From: Gordius albopunctatus
Taxonomy: Eukaryota
Direction of reading: 5' to 3'
Assembly (NCBI GenBank): GCA_964276515.1
Contig: OZ193910.1
Coordinates: forward strand, 5,146,001 to 5,210,000
DNA: 64,000 nucleotides
Part shown: in pieces, positions 1-14,344 of the stretch
Position numbering within the stretch: position 1 is the stretch's first letter
Layout of the letters: each line of letters opens with the position of its first letter
Made by a program: the position numbers and the translations under genes
The notes under the pieces: generated by a model
What the model was told of the DNA's origin: nothing
Databases searched by the model: none
The model's input: the letters and a program-made list of their open reading frames with translations, nothing else

Positions 1-335
1 TGATATATCTCACTTCTTCGGACATTATTAAGTTCAGAATTAAAAGTTTTATTCAGAAACAAATAATTATGATATTGTTTCTTAATTACAAAAAAATAAA
101 AAAAATTGTTTGAAGCGCCAGGGGCCAAATATTTTTCCTTTGGGGGGGGGCATGGGGCCAGGTATTATCTCTTGGGTGGGCCTGGGCCTTGGACCCTCTT
201 TAACTATTTGTTTGAAAATTATCAAACTTTATTTTTACTTCAATAACCGCTTTATCATCATATATGCCCTAAAATTCCAACATAATTTAATACACCCGGT
301 TAAATGGCAAAACAACGTTTGCCGGGTTCATCTAG
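1..335 (+). mobile_element. 3' part of non-autonomous Helitron-like element (window-truncated)
   Basis: Homologous to ~14781-15142 and ~25160-25516; ends with GGCAAA..TTTGCC hairpin followed by GGGTTCAT-CTAG (332-335) and a flanking T, the canonical Helitron 3' end. Confidence 0.7.
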
Positions 336-2258
336 TTAATGATAAATGTAAAAATCAAGTTTGATATTTTGCTAATTCATTCCTTTTCTTTACTAGCTTT
401 TGGCAATCACCATTTTATAACGATTCCTTTTTCATTCCTAACTGAAAAGGGTATCAGCGCAGTTGATATTATCAAAAGTCGAAATAAGGTGGACATTTTA
501 TTAGGTGATTAAAAGCTAGAGTCTGGTATCATTCATGTATCACGATATGAATTTATCACAACATATTTTTAAAATCGAGGTGAAGGAGCTAGCTCCAACT
601 TCTTGCCCATAGCTGCTACCACCGCAAGCCTGGCATCCCCTGACTCACACCTTAGAACGGGACCCCTGGAGAATAAAATTTTGGACCGAGCCCAAAACAA
701 AACAATTGTTTTAAATCAAGCGAAAGATATCGTTCACGGACATAAGTCCTCGACAGCACGCGGGCCTCGTTATTATGAGAGATGTGTTTGGACTCGTACA
801 TACTTTTAATTTGTATTGGGCCATGCGGTTAATGATCAAATTTTAATTTGTTCATTACAGTAAGCTCAAATTTCTTTAGATGAAAATAGGATCGGAATAG
901 AGGTGCAATGTAAGCACCAAAATTAAATGCTTTTTAGAGCGGAGGCACACTCATGCTTTAATTGAATTTGTAAATACCGCCTCACTAAATTAAATTTGCT
1001 TATTTAATTTATTCCACTTTCAGGCTTTATTTAATGAAATTTATAATTAGGAGGATTAAAATGAGCTTTTTATCATTAAACGTGATTATAAAAGGCTTGT
1101 TTAGGGCATTTAGTTACTTAAAGATACATAAGTATATAAAAAATGAAAAATTATAAAACACCTGGTTGTTGAGGCCCCCACCTGCTAAATATATTATAAA
1201 ATCAATATCGTATGCATCCTTGAACCAAATAAAATCTTAAGGGATTGCTTGAAAAAGCGTTAGCTCCAGTACTTTATATACCAGTTTATGCTTTAACATA
1301 CTTGAATCAGTTCGATATTATTTCTGTTTATATTATTTCGCTCTGTGTGATACCTCAATTTTAAGTGTTTTAGTTGTTGAGAATGCTACAGACTGATCTA
1401 TACGGTACAAAGATTGAAATAAAGATTTAGAAGGCAGGAAAATAATTATAAAGTCCTATTATTCTTAACAATTTCTTTTACATGTCTTTATAACACTTCG
1501 ACAATCGTCATAATCTACACAAATCTGTCCGCAAAAATGAAAATAGGAAACTTTTCTTTAAAAAATATTTTCTTAAAACTGTAATAAGATATAAAATAAT
1601 ACAAAATGTTTAAAATTAATAATATTTGAGGGGAGGAAAGGGAATAACAAACAAACTTCAGTTAAAAAGTATTAAAATCACAATAATTTCTTTCATCAGG
1701 CGAAAAAAGGCCCAAAGATTTAGAAAAACTAGTTAAAATTTCATAATCTAAATGTGTTTTCATAATGGGAAAGGACTTTGAGGAGGCTGCCTTCCTTTTT
1801 GTAAACTCTCCATAAAGATTACATTTTTTGACCATATAAGCAGAACTCGTCAGCAACAATCAAATTGTTAGAACTTAATGGATTAAACATGCTATTTATT
1901 GCACATTGTTGATCTGAAACAGCGACTTTTAATTTTAACATTAATTGCAATAATAAATTACGAAAATGAATTATAACAATGGCGGAATATATATTTATTA
2001 TGTATTCTTCCGATTAGAATTTATTAATATCTTGACATTTTGCTTGCGATTATTAGGGTTTATTTACAAGTAAAAAACGACAAATAATATATTAGGATTT
2101 GTTTATACTTATTAAATTTTCATTTAGGCTAATCATGAAGATTTTAATGTATCCTATAAATGAAGTATTATTCGAAGGGATACTCTAATCACGTATGTTC
2201 AATATCCATAGAAACCGATCAATTGTTTGGGGAATGTACTATTAAAATTTGGAAAAAG

Positions 2259-5200
2259 TTACGTTTTTGAATTGTAACCTTCAATCATATTTTCGATAAT
2301 GAAATTGAAGGCCTTTTTGTAGATGTTCTCTATATTTTCCGTATATCGATCTTCTAACGTTTCTTTGATGGCGTTTAGAAATGGATCGCGAAGTTTCTAA
2401 TTAAAAACGAAGTTTAAAAGATATTTGTTCAAATATATAAACTTTTTAGTAATTAACTGATTTAAAGTTAATCCAATTAAGAATCGTAAAAAATTATTAA
2501 TTACATTAATATAGTAGTGGGTCTAAGTGTGAAAATTCAATTCATAAATTGGTAACCTCCTTTAATTAAGTTGAAAGCAAATAGATCCTTTTCGACTTTA
2601 ATAAAATCTTCATACTATTTCAACAGGTGAATATTAACTCTAATAAAAAAGCAGCACTTTAAGATATTAAAATTACAATTTTGGTATTTTTTTAGTAGTC
2701 ACTAGGCTTATTTACTCAGGTAATATTTTCGAATTTTAAAATGACATGCTTCAATAAAGATGAACTTGCCAACCAACTTGACAAGTTATCTGGCAATTCT
2801 TGTTTAATTAACATCATAAATAAATAAAAATGCAAACTTCAAAAAAGGATGGATCAAAATTTTTGAAATGCTGGTAGGAATTGCCTAAGGCAAATAGGAA
2901 ATCTCGAAATTTATCGTAATCTTCTAGTAGAAGGATGGATTTGGAGAAACCATTCATTATGGAATCAGCAGTGGCACCGATAGCATTTTCTTTATCCTCT
3001 TCTTTCACGTTCGTATTAATCACATCCCCGAATTCAGGATGATTCGCGAGCAGTCTTACACGTTAAAATATATTACTTTAATTCTATAAATATAGAGTTT
3101 GCCAATAATGTACTGATGCTACGTTAATAAAGCAATCAAAATCTTATTTCTGTCTGATATAAAGTATAAACATTCAATTTAATTAAGCAACTTAGCTCCA
3201 TTTTAGGTGACGTTTTTCAATATAGTGCATTAAAAATTACAATAGTTACGGAAGAAAATAAATGAGAACATCAAAGATTATTGATCATAAGTAAGCTTGA
3301 CATTTAATTATTCTACAAAATGAATATATTTCAGGTAGATAACATATTCCTTAAACATGGCCGCCTATGTCTTTACTCAATAATTAACAGCCAGAAAAAG
3401 ATCTAAAGCTTATATTTCATAGTTGTGCAAAGTAACTGACCAAGTTAATTATTTATAATGACTTTCTTCATGTTTTATACCAAATTTCATAATTTTGATG
3501 TTGAAATAAAAATGTTACAAAAAAGTTTGAAAATTCCCCCCCCCCCGGGAGAAAATCCTGGCTAGGCACCTGTTAACAGCTCTTGACCAGTCTATTGTGT
3601 TATTAGTCTGTCACGTTTATAAATTTATCCCTAGAATGTAAGATTAACTGTTTGCAAATATTTGTCTGAATTGTTATATTGGACTACGTTTCAAACAAGT
3701 TCATAAAAATTTGTAAATTAATTAAACTGGTGGAAGTGATCATATCGTTATACTATTTTTGCCTTCATTTTTACTTTAAAATTTAATAGACACTAGTAAC
3801 CAACAATTAATAAACAAATTACGAACTAACGGGTGCCTAGTTCTGAGAAGAGGGTATAAGCTATATAGCAATGAAGGCACCAAATGTCAGGCGCTTTTAT
3901 AATTAAAAAAAGGAGGCGGGGGTGCGGATAATCGCATTATTGTATCGATTGATTATTCTATCAAGCATAATTAGGCCCTTTTTATTTTTAATGAGAGTGA
4001 TTGGGCCTAAAATCGATTTTTCTGCTTATAACTAACGAGCAATCCGATATTCCCGCCCCCCACCCAACCAATCAAAAGCTCAAAAGAGGTATAAAAAAGT
4101 CAAGTTATTGGCAATTATAATGCAAACGATAGATGTGGGCCATTGTGTCAAAAGAACATATTCGACAAATGACAACCTATGCCTTTAAAAAAACTAATTC
4201 TCTCCCCTCAAATAAATTCGATAACATTTTTTAAAGCATAGTAGTAGCCTTAGTAATTTGTCACGATATAGAAATTAATTTACGCTGAAAAAATGTCATT
4301 ATAAAAAGATCAATATTTACGACTTTTACAACGATCATGATGCCAAGTTATTATAAATACACTAAAATTGTTTAAATATTTTGGTGTATAAAATTTAAAT
4401 ATATATTAATTTACTTACCTTATAAATAATGCGAGAGAGCACACAATTTATAACAAGTATAAAGTTAAAATATCGATTTTAAAATTAAATAAAATCCAGT
4501 TTTATAAATGTATAAATCATCTCGCTGTTTTTCCCATCTAATTGCAATAACGTTATTATTACCAAAACCTAAAATATGAACTAAACTCATACCGATAATT
4601 GACTATAAAGGCATAAGCATAAAATTTAAACCTTCTCAAAAATTAAAATAAGCAGCCAGAACCCTTCTCGGTTCATTTTTGTTTTTAGGGGGTTTTCATT
4701 ATATTTAAACGCCGATCGATTTAGTTGTATCACAAACACTGATAAAATTTGTAATTTTAACTTTTTTTTGCAAAAGATATTCATGCACACAAAACTAAGC
4801 TGGTTTTTAAAATAGTATAGGTATTTTATCGATTTGCTCCTAGCAAGAACACATAATAAATTTAACTTGCAACACAAAATTTAGGTTTGGTTTTGAGTTT
4901 CGAGAATATACATTGAAACTCCACCCTGGCTGAGCATTGAGTTTTTAACGTAAATAATGCTGGCTAATTTAACGGGATGATTCGAAAATACTTTACAGGT
5001 GGGACTGGAGGAATCTATTATGGCAATCAAAAATTGAAACAAGTAAATAATCAATAATAAGGACCTTCTAAATAATATCATAGAAATATACGCTATTAAT
5101 GGATCTTAAAAAACTTTTTATATACAAGGATTACAAAACACTCTATAAAAAATACATTAATAAACTTTCACCAACCATCATAAATAATTTAGGACAATTC

Positions 5201-8200
5201 CAAGCTAATGTTAGCATGGACGTAGCCAGGTTTTGAATTAGGGGGGGGGGGGGCAAAACGTAACGCTCTGAAATCTTATTTAAATCCTAACTCTAAAACA
5301 TATATAAGATTTCAAATGAATAACTTTGTTAAATAAATGTTGATAAATACATTTTATATGCTAAATTCAATCATGCTACTTTATAAGATTTTTGAATTGT
5401 TTTACTTTTTAAAGTTATTATCGCTATTTGATATATGTGTTTTTATTTAGGATCATGAGTTAATTTTAGAGTTTCAAGCATAAAAATATTATATACAGGG
5501 AACATTGTAGGAGCGTTATAAAAATAATTTAAAATAGTGTTAATGCGTTTTACATGCTTTCTTGAGTTTGTTGCGGGCCATGCGGCCGAGGGTTGGACTG
5601 TCTCATCAGGCGCTCACCGAGCCTGATTATATGAATTTTTATCCGATCCCTGCCCAAATCCCTTCGAGCTCACTTCTGTGCAAAATGTAATATAGGCAAG
5701 GGTTAGGGTTAGATTTAGTGATTTATTTGATAATATGTATTTATTTATAAAATAGTATTATACATTTTGATATAACTTATTTTGTTTCAATTAACAATTA
5801 TAGTATCCTTTTATTACGTAGTTTTTTAGTACATATTACATGCGTATGAATATGCGTGAAAACTGGTCTCAATTTCTAAAATGCGAATATTAAATTATTA
5901 GATTTTGCACATATTACATTTTGCACCAGATTCTTCGAGCTAGAACAAGATCGGAGAAAAAGTTCCCCTAGATTTTGTAGTTTTATTTAATTTGCGGAAT
6001 CGAATAAAAGACGCCATGAAATGCTACTTCTTAGGGACTAGTTTTACTTGTAATGTTATAGGTATAACGCGTAAATAATATATTAACTTGCATCCGTATA
6101 ATATACTATTTTTATTTAAATAATCAAAACTTTATTAAACTATAGTATATAATTTCGCTTTTCAAGGGTCTCAGCTTTAGTGAGGCTTTAAAATGTTACC
6201 ATGGTTATCGTAGAGAATATGAACATGGGCGGAGCCAAGGGGGGTAGGGAGGGGCGGCTGCCCCCCTCTAAATCCAAAAACTTGTTGAAAGGTATTAAAA
6301 TTATGGCTAAAATTTTAAAAAGGATCCTTTTGCCCCTCCCTAAATCATTATTGCCCCCCCTCTCTATTCCAATGATAGCTATGCCCACGAATATAAATCA
6401 TAAAGCCATTAAACTTTATTACAAAATTAAACTTGGTGCAACATTGATTAATTCTTTTTTTAAGTAACACATAAATCACAATAACGTCCATTTCGGAGAG
6501 AGCTGTCACAACAACAACCTGCAAAAAACACTTTTATATTGATTAAATTTTTGTCCATTTTACACAGAAGCTGCAAAGTGGAGCTCTCATTTATTAGACA
6601 TGACAGAACAATGAAATGCACAAAACAATTTGCCTTTCGATTAACAAATTAAAACAAGAACAAGAAACAAAAATAGAAAGAGTATTTTTACTGTATGTAG
6701 AAAAATTTCTCATCCAACTAATAAAACGACCTCTTGGAAAAATCAATAAATTGCAATTAATTGGTTTACCTATAAAATGGCAACGCACCATGCATAATTT
6801 ATTACTAGTTATAAAATAAAAATATATACTACTAACCATAGAGACTAAATACTAACCAACCGTTAAAATTGTAGCTAAATAACTTCTAGGTTTATTAAAC
6901 TATGCTATCTTCCCATTTGCCTAATTTTATAGATTGTCCTAATTGTAAGAAAAAAGAATGATACATATCTTGTGGGTGTTAATTAGCAATAACAAATAAT
7001 TTTTAATTAATTTCTATAACTCTTTTCAATTAGTAGCGAAAAAATGTCCAATGTAAAGCTAGTTTATAGACATCGATTTTCCCACCTTATACATGGTTTC
7101 AAATTAATAAAAAAAATAATAAATTAGTTCTTGTTAATGACAAAAACACTAATGCAGATCAAGGAATACCTGCTACTCATGATAAATCATTTCAATTTTA
7201 GGACATTGTGTTATGATATTCCTGATAAAATGTTAATAGTTCTAAAAACCATGGGCATATCCAGGGGTGGCAGGGAAGGGTGGCTGCCTCCCTAACTCCA
7301 TAAATTCCTTAAAATTTAATATAAATATGGTTAATAAGTCAAAAAACTATTATTATGCCCTCCCTAAATTAATATTGCCCCCATTTAATTCAAACCCCGG
7401 CTACAACCATCACCATGCTAAAAACACTTTCAGATTTTAATATTAATGTCAAATATCAGCACGCATGCTAGTTCAGCCAGCGATGGAGTGAGTAATAAAT
7501 CGATTGAGGTGTCATATTAAAACACTTTATCCACTGAAAATGGAGAATTTTTTAAAATGTTACGCAGCAGGATATATAATTAAATTTTATCTTAAAGTGT
7601 AGAAAATTATTTTATATCAATTTGTTAATTAAAAAAATTGTCGATTTCTATACCATTAAGAAATTACAAGTGTTAATGATATAATATTGAAATCCCTTTG
7701 CGAAACGAGATTCAAATCAAATTAAGATCCTTGATTTTATTAGAAAAGCCACTTTCCACACCTGAGCAAATTACTTCATGGGACTGATCAAAAATTGTTA
7801 TTATGATAGCAAGGTGTTACTATAATAATTAATAACCCTTTAAAACAAGACGCATTTCGTTGTACACCCATGTTACATTTTATAAATAATCATAATAAAA
7901 ATAGACTTCTTAAGCCTTAAAAGTTAGTGTATTTTATAAATCCTGTGAAAATCATAGAAAAATGTAATGTTTTTTTTTATTTTCTCTAAATTTTATAAAT
8001 GTATTTTTGTCAAAACTACGTATATGATATGTAACTAGAATTCCCGACGGGGTTAATTAATTCAAAGGATTTTAAAAGGGTACTTGACTCCTTTTAATCA
8101 AATAAATAATTAGGGTGAACAAACAAGTCCCATTTTTCAATATCTGATTAAAATATACAGATTATTAATATAAATATGATTTTGAGAAAATCAACACTTG

Positions 8201-9443
8201 TGGAAACGAGAGTTCATTAAGTGATAGCCATTGCTCCTCTTATATATTAAATTTGCCTTAAGATTTCAAACATTTAAACCTGGTTCGGGTAAAAATTGAA
8301 ATAAAACACCAGGCTCGGGTTGGTCTAATATTAAAACATGGTCCAATAAATTAAAATTACAAGGGTACATACCTAAAATAACTCTTTTGGTTACAATTTC
8401 CCTATAAATTATTATAAATTAATACATATAATTAAAACTATTATTAAGTACTCTTATAGAAATTGTACATGCTTCCCTGCCTATTTTTACGTATTTTTAT
8501 AGAGAGAATTTAACATATGTATTAGTAATAAATGCTATAATGTTGATTATTTAATTATTATATATTTGATTATCTTTTTACTAGTAAGGTCAAATTTATT
8601 CAATAAAAATTTACATGGGCGTAGCCAGCATTGTAATTAGAGGGGGGGGCAATAATGATTTAGGCAGGGGCAAAATCATAATTTTTTGAAATTTTAGCCA
8701 TAATTTTAATAAAATTTAACAAATTTTTGGATTTAGAGGGGGGCAGCCACCCCTTGGCTACGTCCATGAAAATTTATAAAGTTTGCTCATCGAATTAACG
8801 TATATTTGAGAGAAATTTTAATGGTTTTCTTATAGTTGTTTTAACCAGAGTTAATCTCATGGGGATAAAAGGAAAATGAACGTTTTCCTCCTATCATAAG
8901 TCTGCAAAGCAAACCATGGAGGGGGGGCTATGGGCTTACTAAGTTAAGTCAAAATAGTAATAGTTAAAAAGGATTAGGGCCGAGTTCCTCTACAATACAA
9001 ACAAGAAGGCAAGTATGATAGAAAGCGAAAATTTAATAAAATAAAGGATCTTTAACTTTTTCGTTTTTTAAATTTTTTTATTTTCTTATTTACTTAAGTG
9101 CATAACATACTAGTGAACGAATATTTAAACAAAAGTATAAAAAGTTTGCCGATATCTTATTTATATTTATTTAAGTGTAAATCATCATTTACTTGTTCAT
9201 CATACTCATCCCCGTTTCTTCCATGTTGCGAGTGACACCCTTCCAAGACTTACCCGCTAAAAATATTTCTCGCCTCGTCAATGGTACTCGAGGATCATTC
9301 ATTGGCGGTTTATCATATATATCTCCTGGTGCGCCTGGTACATTATTACCAACCGCATTCGCAACCTTCTTACTAGAACCGACACCTGTTGGGCCACCGA
9401 GTGGACCGTCGGTTTTGGTTTGGGAGCTGGATACGCAACCCAT
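2259..9443 (-). CDS. N-acylated globin X-like (GbXL-type) protein, 201 aa; join(9443..9193,3054..2838,2396..2259)
   Basis: Starts MGCVSSSQ (Gly2 myristoylation, Cys3 palmitoylation motif); A helix DPRVPLTRREIFLAGKSWKGV; G/H helices KLRDPFLNAIKETLEDRYTENIENIYKKAFNFIIENMIEGY. GT-AG introns fall at the conserved globin positions B12.2 (phase 2) and G7.0 (phase 0). 251+217+138=606 nt, open frame to TAA at 2261-2259. Confidence 0.9.
6224..6389. mobile_element. hAT-type MITE (CATGGGCG family) in globin intron 1
   Basis: CATGGGCGGAGC...GCTATGCCCACG termini; near-perfect 8-bp TSD AATATGAA/AATATAAA. Confidence 0.7.
7250..7417. mobile_element. hAT-type MITE (CATGGGCG family)
   Basis: CATGG...CCATG termini, perfect 8-bp TSD CTAAAAAC, G/C-run subterminal boxes shared with the other copies. 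Confidence 0.75.
8614..8768. mobile_element. hAT-type MITE (CATGGGCG family)
   Basis: TIR CATGGGCGTAGCC / GGCTACGTCCATG; 8-bp TSD AAAATTTA. Confidence 0.85.
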
Positions 9444-9609
9444 TGCTAATGTGTTAGCAAATAATCTTGTGCATTGTGTCCATAGATAAGGTTTCAATAA
9501 CGAGTTTCTAGAATGACGTCTAGTATTTAGATAAGCGCATCGCACGCCTTAGAAGGTCTTTAAGGGCTAATGATGTTTGCCAGATTGGAGTTCGGCGTTA
9601 TGGCAAACT

Positions 9610-9930
9610 CTAAAATGTAGAATGACAATTTTTAAAACGCCGAAGATTGTGACGTTGAGAAAAAGGGGGTGGGGGGGGGTTATTAAGTTGGTTTGTAATT
9701 TGTTTGACAGATGCGATACAGTTACGAATCTATGGAGATGACAATACTATCTCTAAATCGTGACAACTAATTAAACGGGGAGGGCAGCAGGAGGACAATC
9801 AATTAAAGCTGTGTCAAAATGACTTTCTGGCTATAATTGAGACGAGCGTCGCGTTATTTGATAAAAGGGAAGGGGGTGTGTTTAATATTATACAATGGGA
9901 TGGAGGAGAGCTTTCGAATGATTAACTCAC
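9610..9930 (-). other. Candidate 5'UTR intron of the globin gene
   Basis: Minus-strand donor AG|GTGAGT at 9930 and acceptor CTACATTTTAG at 9610; lies in a GC-richer, repeat-free region, with a TA run near 10150. Confidence 0.35.
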
Positions 9931-10969
9931 CTAAAAAGTGAACGCTCGCGGGGATGAGGGATTTATAATAGTGAGGAGATAAGAATGAAACCGTGAACGA
10001 GAAGGACTTGTCATGGCTCCCTTTTTCCCGCTTGATACCAAGTAAAGTAGTAAGGCTGCGCCGAGTGATCGTGCGTTAGCTCTCAGCCTACAACATTAAC
10101 AGCATCACCCAGGAGTTCGTGGTCACAATAAAATACACACATACTCATTATATATATATGGGTGAGTTCGTGGGTGGGTGGTAGTTAGCATTAGGGTGGT
10201 GGGTGGGTGGGTGACATTGTTATAATAGCGAGCAATAGGCGGCACACACAAAAAATCAATAATTCAGAAATTATTGCAATTTTCTTCTCGGCTCCTCCTC
10301 TATCCCTTTTCACGCACTCCTGCTCTCCTCTCTAACCAAATGGTTAGTGCAAAATAAAAAAAACGGTTTAAGAGAGTTTAATTAATAAGAGAGTGTCGAA
10401 ACAGCCACTCCGCCATTCTACCCCCCCCCGCTACCATGTTATGGTTATATCGTGTTTTTAAAATTAATTAAAAGATTAGACTCCACCATTAGCGTAGGGA
10501 AGGGGGGGGGATTTTCGGGTTACGACCCCCCCCCCCTTGGGCAAAAAAAATTGAATTTTTTTCAAATTATGCGGAAAATTTCAATGATATTAATAGGAAT
10601 CTTGTTTGCGCATATAGAAATAATAAGTTATCTTAATTAATTTGAAATTTAATTTTAGATGAAATATACTAATTCTAACATTATTTGTACAAAAACTTTC
10701 TGTCCCGAGTGCGTGTTTTGTAATAAGAAGAAATATAATTCCTAATTATTTCTCTAAAAAACTATCTCAACCTCTAAAATAAACGAGGAAAATGCTGATA
10801 CAAACCAAATTTTAGTTATATTTTTAAAAGTATTTAATATGGTTATTTAAACTTACATTAGTTCCTTGTTTATAGAAAATTTTGCATATGCAACTAGAGA
10901 CGAGTATAATAATAAAATACAAATAATTAATATTAATAGATATAAAAATGAAACTGTGTGTGTGTGTGT

Positions 10970-11914
10970 TAGAGGTGTGCACGGATCAATCCGATCCGAC
11001 ATCCGATCCGATCCGATCCGAGATTTTAATTTTGGAAGTCGGATCGAATCGGATCGGATCAACATTTTATTTTAGTCGGATCGGATCGGATACAATAATA
11101 ATTAAATTAATAATTTTTAGTATACCTTTTCGTAATTATCTTTGCATTCTTTTTTTACTTTACCATTTTTGATGCCCAATACCACCTCCTTACCCCTTAC
11201 TTACCCTAATATATTTATCAGAATTTCCCTAGCGTTTTTCCCTAGCTAGACGTAGACACGCATCTCTTTCTATTTCATTTCAACTCAACTCCGAAAATCA
11301 TCAATCACTCCTCTCCCCTTTCCTTAAAGCACACGCGTAGCTCCTTTCCCTCTTGATTCCTATCCGGGTAATCATGAATGATGTAGCTTGCCTTCTTAGA
11401 AGCAATCTCCATGGTACGATTGCAAATATGATTAAAAAAAAGATTTGCTGAAATGGTGGGTTTCATATCAAACAGTCCTGCCAAGGCTTTATAAGCTGGC
11501 AAATAAATTTTTTGCTATACCTGCTACCTCTACCACTTCGGAAAGAAATTTCTCGGTGGCTGGAAGAACATTAGAAGAAAGAAGAACGCGAATTAAACCA
11601 GAAAATTTAGATTCTTTATTATTTTTATATGATAACATGGAATTAGTCAAATAAAATTTTATATTTCAAGTATATTAAAATTGCTATACCTTATTTTTAT
11701 GTATTCTGAATTTAATCATCAATAAAAAGTTCTGTTCGTAAAATTTTAATTAAAAAATTTCGGATCGGATGGGATTTAGATTTTAAAAAACTCGGATCGG
11801 ATCGGATCGGATTTAGAATTTAAAAAACTCGGATCGGATCGGATGGATACGAAATTTTTTAAAAACCCCTCGGATCGGATCGGATCAAAAAAATTTGATC
11901 CGTGCACACCTCTA
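10970..11914 (+). mobile_element. Non-autonomous hAT element with transposase C-terminal dimerisation-domain remnant
   Basis: 20-bp TIR TAGAGGTGTGCACGGATCAA/TTGATCCGTGCACACCTCTA, 8-bp TSD GTGTGTGT, subterminal (GGATC)n; 11445-11654 encodes LKWW..LPRLYKLANKFFAIPATSTTSERNFSVAGRTLEERRTRI. Confidence 0.92.
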
Positions 11915-11926
11915 GTGTGTGTGGCG

Positions 11927-14344
11927 TGTATGTATGTATGTATGTATGTATGTATGTATGTATGTATGTATGTATGTATGTATGTATGTATGTATGTATG
12001 TATGTATGTATGTATGTATGTATGTATGTATGTATGTATGTATGTATGTATGTATGTATGTATGTATGTATGTATGTATGTATGTATGTATGTATGTATG
12101 TATGTATGTATGTATGTATGTATGTATGTATGTATGTATGTATGTATGTATGTATGTATGTATGTATGTATGTATGTATGTATGTATGTATGTATGTATG
12201 TATGTATGTATGTATGTATGTATGTATGTATGTATGTATGTATGTATGTATGTATGTATGTATGTATGTATGTATGTATGTATGTATGTATGTATGTATG
12301 TATGTATGTATGTATGTATGTATGTATGTATGTATGTATGTATGTATGTATGTATGTATGTATGTATGTATGTATGTATGTATGTATGTATGTATGTATG
12401 TATGTATGTATGTATGTATGTATGTATGTATGTATGTATGTATGTATGTATGTATGTATGTATGTATGTATGTATGTATGTATGTATGTATGTATGTATG
12501 TATGTATGTATGTATGTATGTATGTATGTATGTATGTATGTATGTATGTATGTATGTATGTATGTATGTATGTATGTATGTATGTATGTATGTATGTATG
12601 TATGTATGTATGTATGTATGTATGTATGTATGTATGTATGTATGTATGTATGTATGTATGTATGTATGTATGTATGTATGTATGTATGTATGTATGTATG
12701 TATGTATGTATGTATGTATGTATGTATGTATGTATGTATGTATGTATGTATGTATGTATGTATGTATGTATGTATGTATGTATGTATGTATGTATGTATG
12801 TATGTATGTATGTATGTATGTATGTATGTATGTATGTATGTATGTATGTATGTATGTATGTATGTATGTATGTATGTATGTATGTATGTATGTATGTATG
12901 TATGTATGTATGTATGTATGTATGTATGTATGTATGTATGTATGTATGTATGTATGTATGTATGTATGTATGTATGTATGTATGTATGTATGTATGTATG
13001 TATGTATGTATGTATGTATGTATGTATGTATGTATGTATGTATGTATGTATGTATGTATGTATGTATGTATGTATGTATGTATGTATGTATGTATGTATG
13101 TATGTATGTATGTATGTATGTATGTATGTATGTATGTATGTATGTATGTATGTATGTATGTATGTATGTATGTATGTATGTATGTATGTATGTATGTATG
13201 TATGTATGTATGTATGTATGTATGTATGTATGTATGTATGTATGTATGTATGTATGTATGTATGTATGTATGTATGTATGTATGTATGTATGTATGTATG
13301 TATGTATGTATGTATGTATGTATGTATGTATGTATGTATGTATGTATGTATGTATGTATGTATGTATGTATGTATGTATGTATGTATGTATGTATGTATG
13401 TATGTATGTATGTATGTATGTATGTATGTATGTATGTATGTATGTATGTATGTATGTATGTATGTATGTATGTATGTATGTATGTATGTATGTATGTATG
13501 TATGTATGTATGTATGTATGTATGTATGTATGTATGTATGTATGTATGTATGTATGTATGTATGTATGTATGTATGTATGTATGTATGTATGTATGTATG
13601 TATGTATGTATGTATGTATGTATGTATGTATGTATGTATGTATGTATGTATGTATGTATGTATGTATGTATGTATGTATGTATGTATGTATGTATGTATG
13701 TATGTATGTATGTATGTATGTATGTATGTATGTATGTATGTATGTATGTATGTATGTATGTATGTATGTATGTATGTATGTATGTATGTATGTATGTATG
13801 TATGTATGTATGTATGTATGTATGTATGTATGTATGTATGTATGTATGTATGTATGTATGTATGTATGTATGTATGTATGTATGTATGTATGTATGTATG
13901 TATGTATGTATGTATGTATGTATGTATGTATGTATGTATGTATGTATGTATGTATGTATGTATGTATGTATGTATGTATGTATGTATGTATGTATGTATG
14001 TATGTATGTATGTATGTATGTATGTATGTATGTATGTATGTATGTATGTATGTATGTATGTATGTATGTATGTATGTATGTATGTATGTATGTATGTATG
14101 TATGTATGTATGTATGTATGTATGTATGTATGTATGTATGTATGTATGTATGTATGTATGTATGTATGTATGTATGTATGTATGTATGTATGTATGTATG
14201 TATGTATGTATGTATGTATGTATGTATGTATGTATGTATGTATGTATGTATGTATGTATGTATGTATGTATGTATGTATGTATGTATGTATGTATGTATG
14301 TATGTATGTATGTATGTATGTATGTATGTATGTATGTATGTATG
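11927..14344 (+). repeat. (TATG)n microsatellite, ~2.4 kb, ~600 units
   Basis: Uninterrupted tetranucleotide array read directly. Confidence 0.99.

Noticed and set aside
10160..10213. (GGGT)n cluster as a regulatory G-quadruplex upstream of the globin
   Set aside because: Short simple repeat; G-runs are common in this window and nothing supports function
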